Below the pieces are notes generated by a model, which saw only the letters and a program-made list of their open reading frames with translations, had not been told where the DNA came from and ran no database searches. From a virus, in IMG/VR virus record IMGVR_UViG_3300021379_000006, positions 1 to 64,000 of that record: a stretch of DNA of 64,000 nt, one strand, 5' to 3'. The position numbers and the translations under genes were made by a program. This document shows positions 36,199-47,800 of the stretch, in pieces (the first letter of the stretch is position 1; each line of letters opens with the position of its first letter).

Positions 36199-39100
36199 AT
36201 TTAACATAAAACTCTCTTTCTTGATCAAAGTTCTGCCATCTCTGTATTGTGTACAAGAAAGGTAATACGTCATTCCATTCTTTAGACATTTTAAGATCGC
36301 CTTTTCTTTTACCTCTTTGATAGACAACCTCTTTATTTTTTCTAAACTCTTTATCATCTAAGAACAAACCATATATCGCAGTTTGTCCTGTTGAATATAC
36401 AGCTTCTGAGAACTGACCAAGAACGTTAGCTGATGCAATTGGATTCTTAATTAATTGATAAGCCTGTGGCCAACCAACAACTGGCCAGAAAGCATAAAGT
36501 TCTTTTGATGCTCTATCTGCATTGTACTTTAAAAGGTTTTTCAATCTCTTTTCAATTTCACCATCATCATCATCGGTTGCAAGTACACCACCTAAGAGCT
36601 CAGTTAATGCCCATATAGTTAATACTAAACCAATTTCTCCCATTGTAGTATAAGCACCTGTAATTTTATTTTTGATACGTTGCTCCACGTGACCATAGTT
36701 TATACCCTCTTCTCTTGCAAAATCTTCTGCAAGTTTTTCAGCATAAACCTTATTTAAGTTTTTGATATCTGATAGATTTTTAAACGCAAACGCAAAGAAA
36801 CTGGTAAAAGATCTATAACGTCCCTCTACCCAACCTAAGTTCTCATCGTATTGCTCTCTTCTCATTCTAGATTTGATTGAAGGAGCAACCCATTTTTTAA
36901 ACTGTACGGCAAGCTTACCAAGAAAATGTGATTGCATAACCATTCTATCTGCTCGTGCATAGCTACCATGAATTCTTTTATTAACCTCTCTAATTTGATT
37001 GCGTAGCTTATATCTATATTGATCATTCCACTCAACCTCATTACCATTCATATCATAGATTTTATATTTTGGATCTATGACAATTGTTTGATTTTTACTG
37101 TCCCATGTAGATGCTTCATAAAGGTTTACTTCATTTCCGTTTTCATCCACTGCTTTATGTGAGGCTACGATTGCCATACCAATTTTAGTTTGAACATTAT
37201 ATTCAAAACTATCATTAAGCAAATAGAACCAGCTACCAGCCTTTTGAAAGTAGCTATCTTGATCCGTTTCTCTGATCTCTGTTTTGCTATCCATCATACG
37301 GAGTACATCAACCCAACCCTCCCATTTAGTCATGGGTTTTTTAGGATCATAGTAACCTTTCTTACCATCAAGTATATACCCAGTTCTTCTAACTGATTTT
37401 GCTAGCACCTGCTCAACATTAAATTCTTTTTTCATCTGAAGGTATGCTCTCCTTTTAAAGAACCTACCACCCATGACTTCAATTGTGTTATTTAATAAAC
37501 CAATTGTAAGGTTATTAATGTTACCCAAAGGGTTTGTTGCTACATATGCAAAGGAAGAGTAACCCATTAATAGACCAGACATTTTTTCTAATGCAGTCTG
37601 AGTAAGATTTTCATTGTCATAGAAAACCATTCTAGCCCATTTTTTTATTCTCTTTTGAATATTGCTTTCAAGATCGTTTTCTCTATTACCAACAGGAACC
37701 ATCTTTCTAACCTTACTTGCACCAGAAACAATTGCATCTCCCACAACGCTAACAACATTATCTGATTTTGCTTCTGGAGCAAGAACTTCTCTTTTATCAG
37801 ACACCTTAATAAAAGAAGTAACAATATCTTCAATTGTAGACATGACTTCAAAGTTTTCAGCCATCGTATTAAACTTAAGAAGACTTGTTCCAAGATCAGT
37901 GTTTAGTGTTTCTCTTGTAGGTTTTTTTCTTAGTCTTTTTTCCTCTACATCTAAAATATCCATCTTATTTCTATATTCTGTTTTAGATATAGCTTTAGAA
38001 TCTAATCTGGTTTTTAGTAAAGTTCTCTTCTCTTCAATCTTTTCAAGATCTTTTTCTGTAGCTAAATTGCCTGTGTAATAAATAGGAAGAGTATTTACAA
38101 TTTCACCTTTCTCATTTACCACAACTCTTCTATAACTACCTGTTTCCTTAAAGAAGTCACCAACATTTCTCTTCATCTTAGCAAACATCTTAGCTACAAC
38201 AGGACCTTCTCTTTTGATTTTGTTTGCAAGAATTGTTGGTATTCTACCAGCCATTTGTTCCATTACATTAGGTGGAAGTTTTTTAGTTAGCTCCTCCATT
38301 GTCTCAACATAGAATTGATAGAACTCTCTTCTTGCAATAGATAACTCATCTTCTACTGCAGGATTCATTATAGCATCATACTTTTCATTAAGCATGCTGA
38401 CCTTTTTACCATTTACAGTAGCCTGAGCTTTTGCATATCTATATTTATTGTGGGGTACCCAAATTTGACCTGGTGATAAAGTTCCTGTAGGTTCACCATT
38501 TTTCTTATCCATAAAGAAAGTTTCTTTGTACTCACCATAGGTTTGTCTAAACTTTCTCCAAGATTTGGCATCTACAGATCGTTTCTTTTTCCAAATAACA
38601 AAACCACTTGCTGTTATTTCAGGTCTTTCATACTTTGCTCTTAAAGTTTTAAACTCTTCTGTGTATGCATGATAATTTCCATCTACAATATCACCTTCGC
38701 TAGTACCTCTCTCTGCTCTCCAGAATCTAGCATTTTCTTGTTTTAGCTCATAAAGCTTCTTATTATATGCTAACTCTTCTGGCGTAGCTTCATCCTCATT
38801 GAACTTTTCAATGTATTCCATTCTATTACCATCTTCATCAAACAGTAAGTCTCTAAGTTCTTTGATCTTATTATAGTATTGAGGACCCAATCTCTGAACA
38901 ATATATCCAGTTGGTAAACCAGCCTCATCAAACTCTAACATAAAGTTATAAAGATCTTCCGGTTTTGTACTTGGATCTAACTTAGCAAGCTTACCAGCAA
39001 CAGCTCTAATTTTATTTTCTCTTGCTTGTGCTTTATCTAAGTATTCTTGCTCTTTAGCTTTATATATCTTATCTAATACAGCAAGTAGGGTGTCTCTATT

Positions 39101-41845
39101 TGTAGCCATATCCCCACTTTGGTATTCAATAGCATTGATATCTCTAACAGATGTTAATATTTCATCCAGGTCTGCATCTGAAAATTCTGCTGATGACGCA
39201 ACTCTAACTGTTTCTTTAACAAAGTTGAAAATTGCCGTATCAACCAAGCCAGTTTCTGTTTGACTACCTCTTAGTTTTTGCAGTTTGGCTTGAAGTTGAA
39301 GAACTAAGTTGGCTTGTGTTTTAGATAAAGGTGTATTGTCTATAGTTGATAGTTCAATCAAACCATTAAAGGTTTGAGCATATCTGTCAAAATTTAATAC
39401 ATAATTGATGTATTCAGGCTTGCTTACATTCTCTGAATCTAGTATGTAATCCGTAAACTGTTGCAAGTCTTTGATACCCTGTCTAATTACACGGGTATAC
39501 TCTGCTCTAATTGCTTGTGGTCCTTGAGTAACTGCAACTTCTATACTAGCAATGGTATCATTGATTGCAGATATTGTACCTTCTTTAGTCATGTCAAGTA
39601 CAAGACCACCTTTTAGTTTTCTTAAAGCGTCTCTCCTTTTTACAAGACCAGCTGAGTATTCTTCTAAAGCACCAAGGTAATAATTGACCTCAGCATTAGA
39701 ATTATTATTATTTTCAGATTGAGCTTCATCTCCGCTTAGTTCTTCTTCTGCTATATTGTAGTCAGGAGAAGTTTTTCTAGCCTCATTAATTCTATCTTGT
39801 TGTTCTTGATCAAGGTTCTCTGGAATAATCTTGTCAACAACCTCTTCCATTTGAGAAACACTATGGCGGTAAATACCTTCTATCTGATAACCACCTTTCC
39901 AAACTTTCTTACCTTTTGCATCTTCCTCAATATTAACTTTAATATGGAAAGTGCTTATTGCATTAGGACCATCGGCTACAGTGTAACCCATGTTCTGTAA
40001 CATTCTTCTATAGATTGCTATCTGTAGATTGTGTTGTGCTTTTGTGCTAAGTGCTTTTTTATCTGTTTTTTGTTTTACCAAAGAATCATCTTGCAAAGGA
40101 TGAGGTTTCTCATATCTATCAGGATCTGTCTTTAGATAGTTTTGACTGGTCTTTAGGTCAAGAACTTTAATCTCACCGGCAGGTGTAATTAAAATCATAT
40201 CTGCAGTACCAGCTATACCACCATAAGTTTTACCATTAATTTCAATTGTTTGGTTATCAAACAAGACAACCTGCGGTATAGCAACAGAGCCATCAGAAGT
40301 AAGAGAATCTAAGTGAGATTGTAGATCAACATACACTTGTTCAACCTCCTCTTCAGAGAGTTTAGTTATGCCTTCTATATCCTCCACTAGAGTCTTTGAT
40401 ACAACAGCATTTAAGATTGCATCAAAGTCATTACCCACAGCAAGGTTAATTTCACGATCTTCTTTATTGAGCAGCTCTCCTTTGATTGCTCTGGTTGTAG
40501 AATAAAACTCTTCAGCTGTTTCTATGTCATAGTAGGTGTGATCTTCTTCATTCAGTACAACCAGGCTTGCAGAATCAAAAAGCTCAGGATTTTTGCCTAC
40601 ACTAAAACCGGTTATTTTTTTCTCAGTTTCTTTAGCTACATTAAGAAGTTTAGCAATAAGATCTTTTTGAACATCTGTTATTGCTTGATCCATTGCAACA
40701 TCCATTGCTACTTTGGTTTTGTCATCAAGAGAGTATCTTACTTGCCTATCTGCTTTAAACTCAAACTTAAATTTAATATCATCTGTGTTTAAAAGCTTTG
40801 CAACATCAGAAAGACTTGATGTCTCTTTGATATCACTTGTCTTAATTGCAAGATCTCTGTTTGTAATAAACTTATGTAAGTCTTTTAGAATATTAGAGAA
40901 CCATTGTAAAAACTCTTTAACCTTTTGCAAGAAACTCTTTGTTGGTTGAGTTTCGTATTCTTGTCTAAAGTGTCTTGTTAATGCTTGAGTAACTAATTCA
41001 AGGTCTCTGTGCATCTGATTAAAACCTCTATCATCACTATAAGCCTGATTAATTTGTTGTCTTAACTCACCAAAGGTTTCTTTGGCTTCCCTCAATAAAC
41101 CATCAAACAAAGGTTTATTCTCTTTATACAATGCATCTGTAAATGGGTGCAACACTTCTTCTATTGCTACATCACCATTAATTCTTTGACCAATGATATA
41201 TGCTTGACCATTTGCATAAAAAGATTTTACTTGAGAAAAAGGAATCTTAGCTTTTTGGTTTGCTGGTAAGCTATTATATATTTTCTGTGCCTCTGCTCTA
41301 GTTACATTGTTAATTGTAACTTGAGGAAACATTCTATTCAAATGATTTAGAATTGCTCTAACAGGACCTTTGACATCTTCACGTGCTTCAGGAATAACAT
41401 CTCTCATTGTAAACAAGTCTTCATTGATTACAATCTTATATGTATTATCTGTTTCTACAAATTCAACCATCTGCCTTGGACCATAAGAAATATTATTCTG
41501 ATCAAGGAAAGCTTGGATTCTCTGAATATTATTCTGAGCAATCTTTTTGTTTGATATTCTAGTACCCTTTGCTGTATTGTTTACATAGATAACATCATTG
41601 TATCTACTAGCTCGTCTTGTACCAATAATATTCTTTTCAAGAGCTTCTCTAAAATCTAATTTCTTTGCAGACAAAGCAGCCTTCTGATCTTTCAGATAGG
41701 TTTTAGCTTGAGCAACAGTCGGTATATCCTCTGTATTATTAATCTCCTGATAAACATTTATAATGTTATCTGTTTTAATATTTGTACCAAACTCTGCTTG
41801 TAGAGCTTTATATTCTGCTGTATTTCTATTTGGACACTTAGCCAT
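36197..41845 (-). CDS. Large virion cargo protein with PD-(D/E)XK nuclease and degenerate zincin domains
   Basis: Likely start MAKCPN; IEEVLHPF...ELVT; GTADM...DLKT...HNLQIAIY; adjacent to the vRNAP as in crAss-like phages. Confidence 0.75.
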   Translation of the reverse strand: MAKCPNRNTAEYKALQAEFGTNIKTDNIINVYQEINNTEDIPTVAQAKTYLKDQKAALSAKKLDFREALEKNIIGTRRASRYNDVIYVNNTAKGTRISNKKIAQNNIQRIQAFLDQNNISYGPRQMVEFVETDNTYKIVINEDLFTMRDVIPEAREDVKGPVRAILNHLNRMFPQVTINNVTRAEAQKIYNSLPANQKAKIPFSQVKSFYANGQAYIIGQRINGDVAIEEVLHPFTDALYKENKPLFDGLLREAKETFGELRQQINQAYSDDRGFNQMHRDLELVTQALTRHFRQEYETQPTKSFLQKVKEFLQWFSNILKDLHKFITNRDLAIKTSDIKETSSLSDVAKLLNTDDIKFKFEFKADRQVRYSLDDKTKVAMDVAMDQAITDVQKDLIAKLLNVAKETEKKITGFSVGKNPELFDSASLVVLNEEDHTYYDIETAEEFYSTTRAIKGELLNKEDREINLAVGNDFDAILNAVVSKTLVEDIEGITKLSEEEVEQVYVDLQSHLDSLTSDGSVAIPQVVLFDNQTIEINGKTYGGIAGTADMILITPAGEIKVLDLKTSQNYLKTDPDRYEKPHPLQDDSLVKQKTDKKALSTKAQHNLQIAIYRRMLQNMGYTVADGPNAISTFHIKVNIEEDAKGKKVWKGGYQIEGIYRHSVSQMEEVVDKIIPENLDQEQQDRINEARKTSPDYNIAEEELSGDEAQSENNNNSNAEVNYYLGALEEYSAGLVKRRDALRKLKGGLVLDMTKEGTISAINDTIASIEVAVTQGPQAIRAEYTRVIRQGIKDLQQFTDYILDSENVSKPEYINYVLNFDRYAQTFNGLIELSTIDNTPLSKTQANLVLQLQAKLQKLRGSQTETGLVDTAIFNFVKETVRVASSAEFSDADLDEILTSVRDINAIEYQSGDMATNRDTLLAVLDKIYKAKEQEYLDKAQARENKIRAVAGKLAKLDPSTKPEDLYNFMLEFDEAGLPTGYIVQRLGPQYYNKIKELRDLLFDEDGNRMEYIEKFNEDEATPEELAYNKKLYELKQENARFWRAERGTSEGDIVDGNYHAYTEEFKTLRAKYERPEITASGFVIWKKKRSVDAKSWRKFRQTYGEYKETFFMDKKNGEPTGTLSPGQIWVPHNKYRYAKAQATVNGKKVSMLNEKYDAIMNPAVEDELSIARREFYQFYVETMEELTKKLPPNVMEQMAGRIPTILANKIKREGPVVAKMFAKMKRNVGDFFKETGSYRRVVVNEKGEIVNTLPIYYTGNLATEKDLEKIEEKRTLLKTRLDSKAISKTEYRNKMDILDVEEKRLRKKPTRETLNTDLGTSLLKFNTMAENFEVMSTIEDIVTSFIKVSDKREVLAPEAKSDNVVSVVGDAIVSGASKVRKMVPVGNRENDLESNIQKRIKKWARMVFYDNENLTQTALEKMSGLLMGYSSFAYVATNPLGNINNLTIGLLNNTIEVMGGRFFKRRAYLQMKKEFNVEQVLAKSVRRTGYILDGKKGYYDPKKPMTKWEGWVDVLRMMDSKTEIRETDQDSYFQKAGSWFYLLNDSFEYNVQTKIGMAIVASHKAVDENGNEVNLYEASTWDSKNQTIVIDPKYKIYDMNGNEVEWNDQYRYKLRNQIREVNKRIHGSYARADRMVMQSHFLGKLAVQFKKWVAPSIKSRMRREQYDENLGWVEGRYRSFTSFFAFAFKNLSDIKNLNKVYAEKLAEDFAREEGINYGHVEQRIKNKITGAYTTMGEIGLVLTIWALTELLGGVLATDDDDGEIEKRLKNLLKYNADRASKELYAFWPVVGWPQAYQLIKNPIASANVLGQFSEAVYSTGQTAIYGLFLDDKEFRKNKEVVYQRGKRKGDLKMSKEWNDVLPFLYTIQRWQNFDQEREFYVK

Positions 41846-41847
41846 AA

Positions 41848-44800
41848 TTACAATATACAAGATTTAATATTATCTAAGAAGTCTTCGTCACTATTATAGT
41901 TCAGATCTGGATCATTTCTTTGGGCAATAAAGTCTTCAAGGTCATTTATGTTTTGATCACGTAGTTTTTCTCTAGCTTCTGGATTTGTTTGTACATTCTC
42001 ATCCCAGAAATCAACAAGAGCTGGATACTCTTCTTCTAAGTTTGTTTCTTCAAGTTGATCAAACAAACTTAAACTTACTGCAGGTGCCTCAGAAGCATCA
42101 ACCTCTTGAGAAGTTACATCGGCTTCAACTCCACCTCCACCACCTGGAGCATATTCGTCAAAGTCTTCTGCAGTAAGACCTAAATCATTTTCCTCAAGCA
42201 TCTCCATTGTTAGATCAGATACCTTAACTAAGTTTTTTCCAACGCCTGCTGGAGCAAATGAATTAAGATCAACGTATACAGTATTGCCTATGTAATCAAT
42301 ATCATAACCCATAATTTTTGCTTGAGATAAAGCAGCTTGTTCTGATACAGGTAAGAACCCTTCTTCAAAACCACCTTCTTTTTCTAACTTTTCAACAAAG
42401 GTACGGATATCAGTATAAGCAGGACGTTCAAATCCACCACCATCAAACATAAAACCAATACCATTTTGGTAGTTAGAACCTTTCATCTTAATCTCTTCAT
42501 ATACACCAGCATTACCAATAGACACACCCTCTGAAGAGTTAATAATATTATCCTCTGTTACCGTAACAGGTGTATAGGTTTCTTTAAGTCTAAAATATCT
42601 AACCGTTTTATTTTTCTTGCCGGTAACAACTTTAAGAACTGCAGGTAATTCTACCACAAAGGTGCGCTTACCATTTATGATTATATCTTTTTTAATTACA
42701 AAGCCTTTTCTTTCTAGTTGGCTTATGTTTTTTGCAAGTTTCTTAAATTGATTTTCATTAAATCTGTCACCAAACTTTCTGGTGTTTTGAGTATTTCCAC
42801 TTCTCTTAAATGGTTTTACACCTTTATATATATCAACAATAAATACGTTTTCTTCATTTGTCAAGCTCATTGCAATAGGAGCTACGTTGATTGCTCTTTG
42901 TGTTGTACTACCCGTTTCGGTAAGCACCCCTTTTGTAAGAGAGTAACCAAACTCTTGACGTAATTTTTGCTCAATATAATTGTAAATATCTTTGCTTGCG
43001 GACTTTAGTTTCTTACGTTGCTTTTTGTCCAATAGTTGTTTAGGGAATACAATCGGTTTACCTGACTCTAAGATATCATTAACCTCTGTATCAAAACGCT
43101 CAACAAATGAATCAAGATCTTCACTATCAAACATTGTAGTAAGATCATACATTAAAGTTAATGGTAATGCATTTTCCATTCCTCTAACAGTAGAAGATCC
43201 AACTGTACCCAATTGTTTTGCGTTATCAACATAAACATATACCTTATCAGGATTTGCTTCTACAATCTTTTTATTAACCTGACCACGAAGAACTTCTGTT
43301 TCTTCAAATACTTGTTTGTAGAAAGGTATATTGCTTACTCTATTAAGAAGTATATTATTCTTGTTTGACTGCAAGTATCCAAGGACAAAGTCATTTAATA
43401 GTTCACGATAGCTCATACCAAACTTAGACTCAAACAAATCTAGTCTATCCTTTTTCATCATATCATGGATATCCTCAATACTTGTACTAAATGTATCAAG
43501 CAATGCTGGGGTAACAGCTTCAAGTAAAGAACCCGCACCAAACTGCAAACCATCTTTAACCATCATGTAATGGATAAGGTGTGTTGCCTCTAGTCTATTA
43601 TTAGAAAAGATTTCAATAAATGAATTCTGAATTCTAAGCTTATCAATATCACTTCTCTTACCAAACGTGTTTGATTCTGCCTTATGAATACCAGACTTAT
43701 TGTCAAGATCTCTAGCATTCTCATTAAAAATAAACTCATTTAAGAAGAAGTTATCAGGATAAATCTCTCTTAACTGATCTACCAATCCGTTTATATTTAA
43801 CGCAGCTCCAGATTGAGGATAAATAAACGCATTATTCAAAGAACCAAGAGACATTTGTGATCCCTTCTTATCTAAAGAATGCATATATGCTTTAATAGTT
43901 AAGTAAGAAAGCAAGTCTTTACCAATCTTATCTTTTTGTTCTGCGTCTAGTACATAATCATTGCTAGTTAAGTTACGTAGAGTAGCAGAAAGCAATCTAT
44001 CAAATGCAGGAGTCTTAGAAACAAATACATTAGGAAGAATAACATTACTAAAGTGATTTAGTACTTTAACCATGTTTGCTTGCCATGCATCTGATTTGAA
44101 TATAGGTCTAACATCTATAGGTACAGGTGCACCCTTAAACTCTAGATCTGCAAACTCTTTATCAGACAATCCAACACCTAGATTTTTTATCTCTGTAAGT
44201 TTTTGATTTACGTCTGCAAAAGTTCTACCTGGTCCCTTACTGATATTCATGACACTACTCATATTAGATAAGAAGCTCTTCACGTTATGAGCAGCCATAA
44301 ATTGTTTGAGTATAGAGTATATAGCAGAAGCTTCTTCAAAATCCATTTCTGGGTTAACTACTAAATCGTCTCCCTTTCTAATTTGTTCTTTTAGCAATTC
44401 ATCTGAAACCTGTACTGTATTTGTTCTAATTCCATTATCTGCAAAATCCAATTCTAAAGTTTTAATTATAGATTGAATTCTTGTAGCAATACCAGGATCT
44501 GTTGCTCTTCTTTTGTTATTAGCAGCAAAGTATTCTTCTCTAATTATAGGATGATTAACCAAAAGAATAGAAGTCTTAATTGGTACACCTAATTTAGTAA
44601 GAGTGGTAACTACAGCAAGAGCATCTCTATTCAAACCAAGCTTAGCTGCAAGACGTTCTTTAGCGTTATCCGTCATTGCTGTAATCAATGCTGAAATAAT
44701 AAACTGAGTTCTATTCCCTTGCGTTTCTTTACCATCTTTGGCTAGTCTTTCATATTGCTCATTAAACTTATTGTATCTAATACCATTAAATTCAATTTGA

Positions 44801-47800
44801 GGAATTGTTTGACCACCAACAACTTTACTACGGATTTCAATATCAAATTCTCCTAATAGGTTTAAGTATAAGTTTGGTAGTACGGCAGCACCAATTGCAC
44901 CGGCACCTTCTTTATTATTCTTAAATGCTCTTCCTTTACCAAATAGGTTGTCTACGTCTATGCCTTCTTCTTCAACCAATTGAGCTAGTTCTGGCAATTC
45001 TTTTTGAATATCCTCCCATACATCAGTTAATGGTGTAAGTACAGCAGGATCATAAGCAATAGGATTTTCTCCATCTTTTCTTGCAACCGTATTACCTTCA
45101 TTACCCCACAAAGCAAACTTATAATCTAATAATTGATTGTTTAATGCTGCTTCATATGGATAACCAAACTCATCTCTATAAGCAACAAACTCTTCTACTG
45201 TTGTTGGTAAGCCTAAAACTTTTAATGCAGTGGTAATTCCTTTGCCAATACGTTTTGCTTCTTCGTCTGTAAAACGCCCTTGCTCTCTTAATCTTCTTTT
45301 ACCTTTTTCAAGAGCTTTTGCATATACAGATGATGGAGAGTTTATTTCTTTTCCAACATAGTGTATGTAGTCATCAAACTGTTCTTGATCAGTTCTTGTG
45401 GTATCACCATACTCAATGAACTTACCATTTTTAATATACCACTCTTTCATTTGAGTGTATACCTTATCAATATCAAAGTCAGCTCCTGATATTTCAATAA
45501 GTTCTTTTGAGAATATTGCAGTGGAACCATAAGATGATGGTAAGAAGTCAACCACCTTTGTAGCCAATGCAGAGTGCTTATCCTGTGAAGGAATACGTAC
45601 AGCAAACATTTTAGCAAATACGTCTGGCATAGCCTTGGCTGTTTCCTCTATCATCTCCATAATTTCTTCAGAGAACGCAGGCATTATAGATTCCGTGTAT
45701 CTTACCCCAGTAAAGTTTCCATCTTGATCATACTCTTTAAGATTGTGTCTTAGTTCATCTCTAACAATAACACCTTTACCATTTGATCTTTCAATTGCAT
45801 CTGCTAATCCTACAAGATTACCCTCAGAGTCTATGTCAATTTCTATTGGTAATGGATTGCTGTTATAAACTTTATCTCTAATGACTTCAAACTTATCTGG
45901 AACACCGTTTTCATCTACAGAGAAAACACGTCTTACAACCTTCACACCACTATCAGACATAAGAGCTAAAGCATCTCCGGCTACTTTTTCTGACATTGTT
46001 TCTTTGGTAAAGTATGATAAGAATAGTTGCTCAAACTTATCAATCACCATAGGGTTATTCAAATCATATTGACCGCTTGGATCAAAGAACTCAATAACAT
46101 TACTAGACGCTTGACTTGCTTTAAGACCTTCTTGAGCAAATTGTAAAAAGTCTCTTAACTCTATTGTCAAAGACCCCAGCTTTTTACTATCACCTAATGA
46201 TCTCATTGCAGTTTCTAAACTGAAATCAGCAATAAGATTCACCTTATTATGATATTTAAGATTTAGTCTAGCAGCTGTTCCTCTATTATAGAATTCTCTT
46301 AGTTCACCTAAAGTTTTAGATACATAACCATCTAGAGTTTTAATCATCACCTCTACGTCATCTGCCTGTTCTGAAGTAATCAAACTTCTTAGCTGTGTTG
46401 GATCTGTAATCTTTTGCTTATTAGAAGGGTTCACCAATTGCAATCCCATAAATCTAGCATTAAGCATTGTGTGTGGCAATGCTTGAGCATTAGAATTAAA
46501 CTGACCAAATGCTGCTTCATTGCTAACAACATTTGGTTTCATCATTTTACTTGCACTAGCTGGTGCAGCCATTGCTATTGTTTGATCTCCATCAGCTTCA
46601 ATCTTTTCAAGCTTCAACCTTAAGTTATGTAGCTCTTCATATTGAACTTTGGCTGTTCCATCTTTTCTTGTCGTAAGTTCTGGAGTTAAAACAACCGCAG
46701 ACATTTTAAGGAATGTTTGACCATCACCATAAACAAGTTTTAGTGAGTTAAATACACTTCCTTGTTTGATATGACCACCAGCGGCATAGTATTCTTTTGC
46801 TGTTACCTTTTCACCTCTTTCTAATTTATCTAATAGTTCTGCTTTATCTTGTGTAAGCTCTGCAAAACCAAATAGCATATGACGCAATGCTTTGGTAGTA
46901 ATATAAACCTGAGCATCTGTTCTCTCACCTTGACCACCAGAATACTTTCTATCAAATAAAGTATCACTAAATGTAACAAGAGATATATTTTCAGTTGCAT
47001 GATAAACACCACGACTTTCATCAATAACAGGTGTGTAAGCACTCTTATATGATGCATTTTGCATCTTAGCTCTTTTAACCTTATCAACAGAATCTTTTAG
47101 AGATATAGCTTGATCACCAAGTAATAATTGATTAATTGCTTTTGTATTTAACCAATCATTAAAGAAGATCTGCATTAAGTTATAATCTTCATTATCTCTA
47201 ACAAGATTTAACTGTTCCATTGCGGCATCACCTTGTGCTACACCATTGTCATCAGTAATACCATTTAATATATCTGAAGAAATTAAATCTTTAACACGCA
47301 GGTTATCCAGTTCTTGAGCAAATCTTTCATACTCTGACATCAATCTAGTTTTAAGTAATTCTTTGAAACTAGTAAGTGTTATTGATGATTCATTAAGCAT
47401 ACCAACAGCTTGTTCTAAAGAAATGTCTGGATTATTTATTGCTATTTGTTCTAACTCTTCTTTAAAATCAAATTCTGTTTGAAGGGCAATTTCTTCCTTA
47501 AATTCATCAATAGGAACAAGTTCATAACCAAATCTGGTCTTTTTCCCTTCCAAGAAATCCTTCATTACTTTAGTCTCAACATATAGTGTAGTGTCACCAA
47601 CATTTACAGCAAAGTTAAATTGCTTAGACTTTTCTAGTTGAACTGCATCCCCCATTGATTTAACAATGTTAGATATATTGGTATTATCAACTTTTGTTTG
47701 ACCCAACGCTCTTAAAACAAAAACACCTTCTTGTTCTCCAGATCTAACTGTAACATTTGCTCTTGTATTTTTTAGCGTTAAACCTATTGTTTTAGATTGA

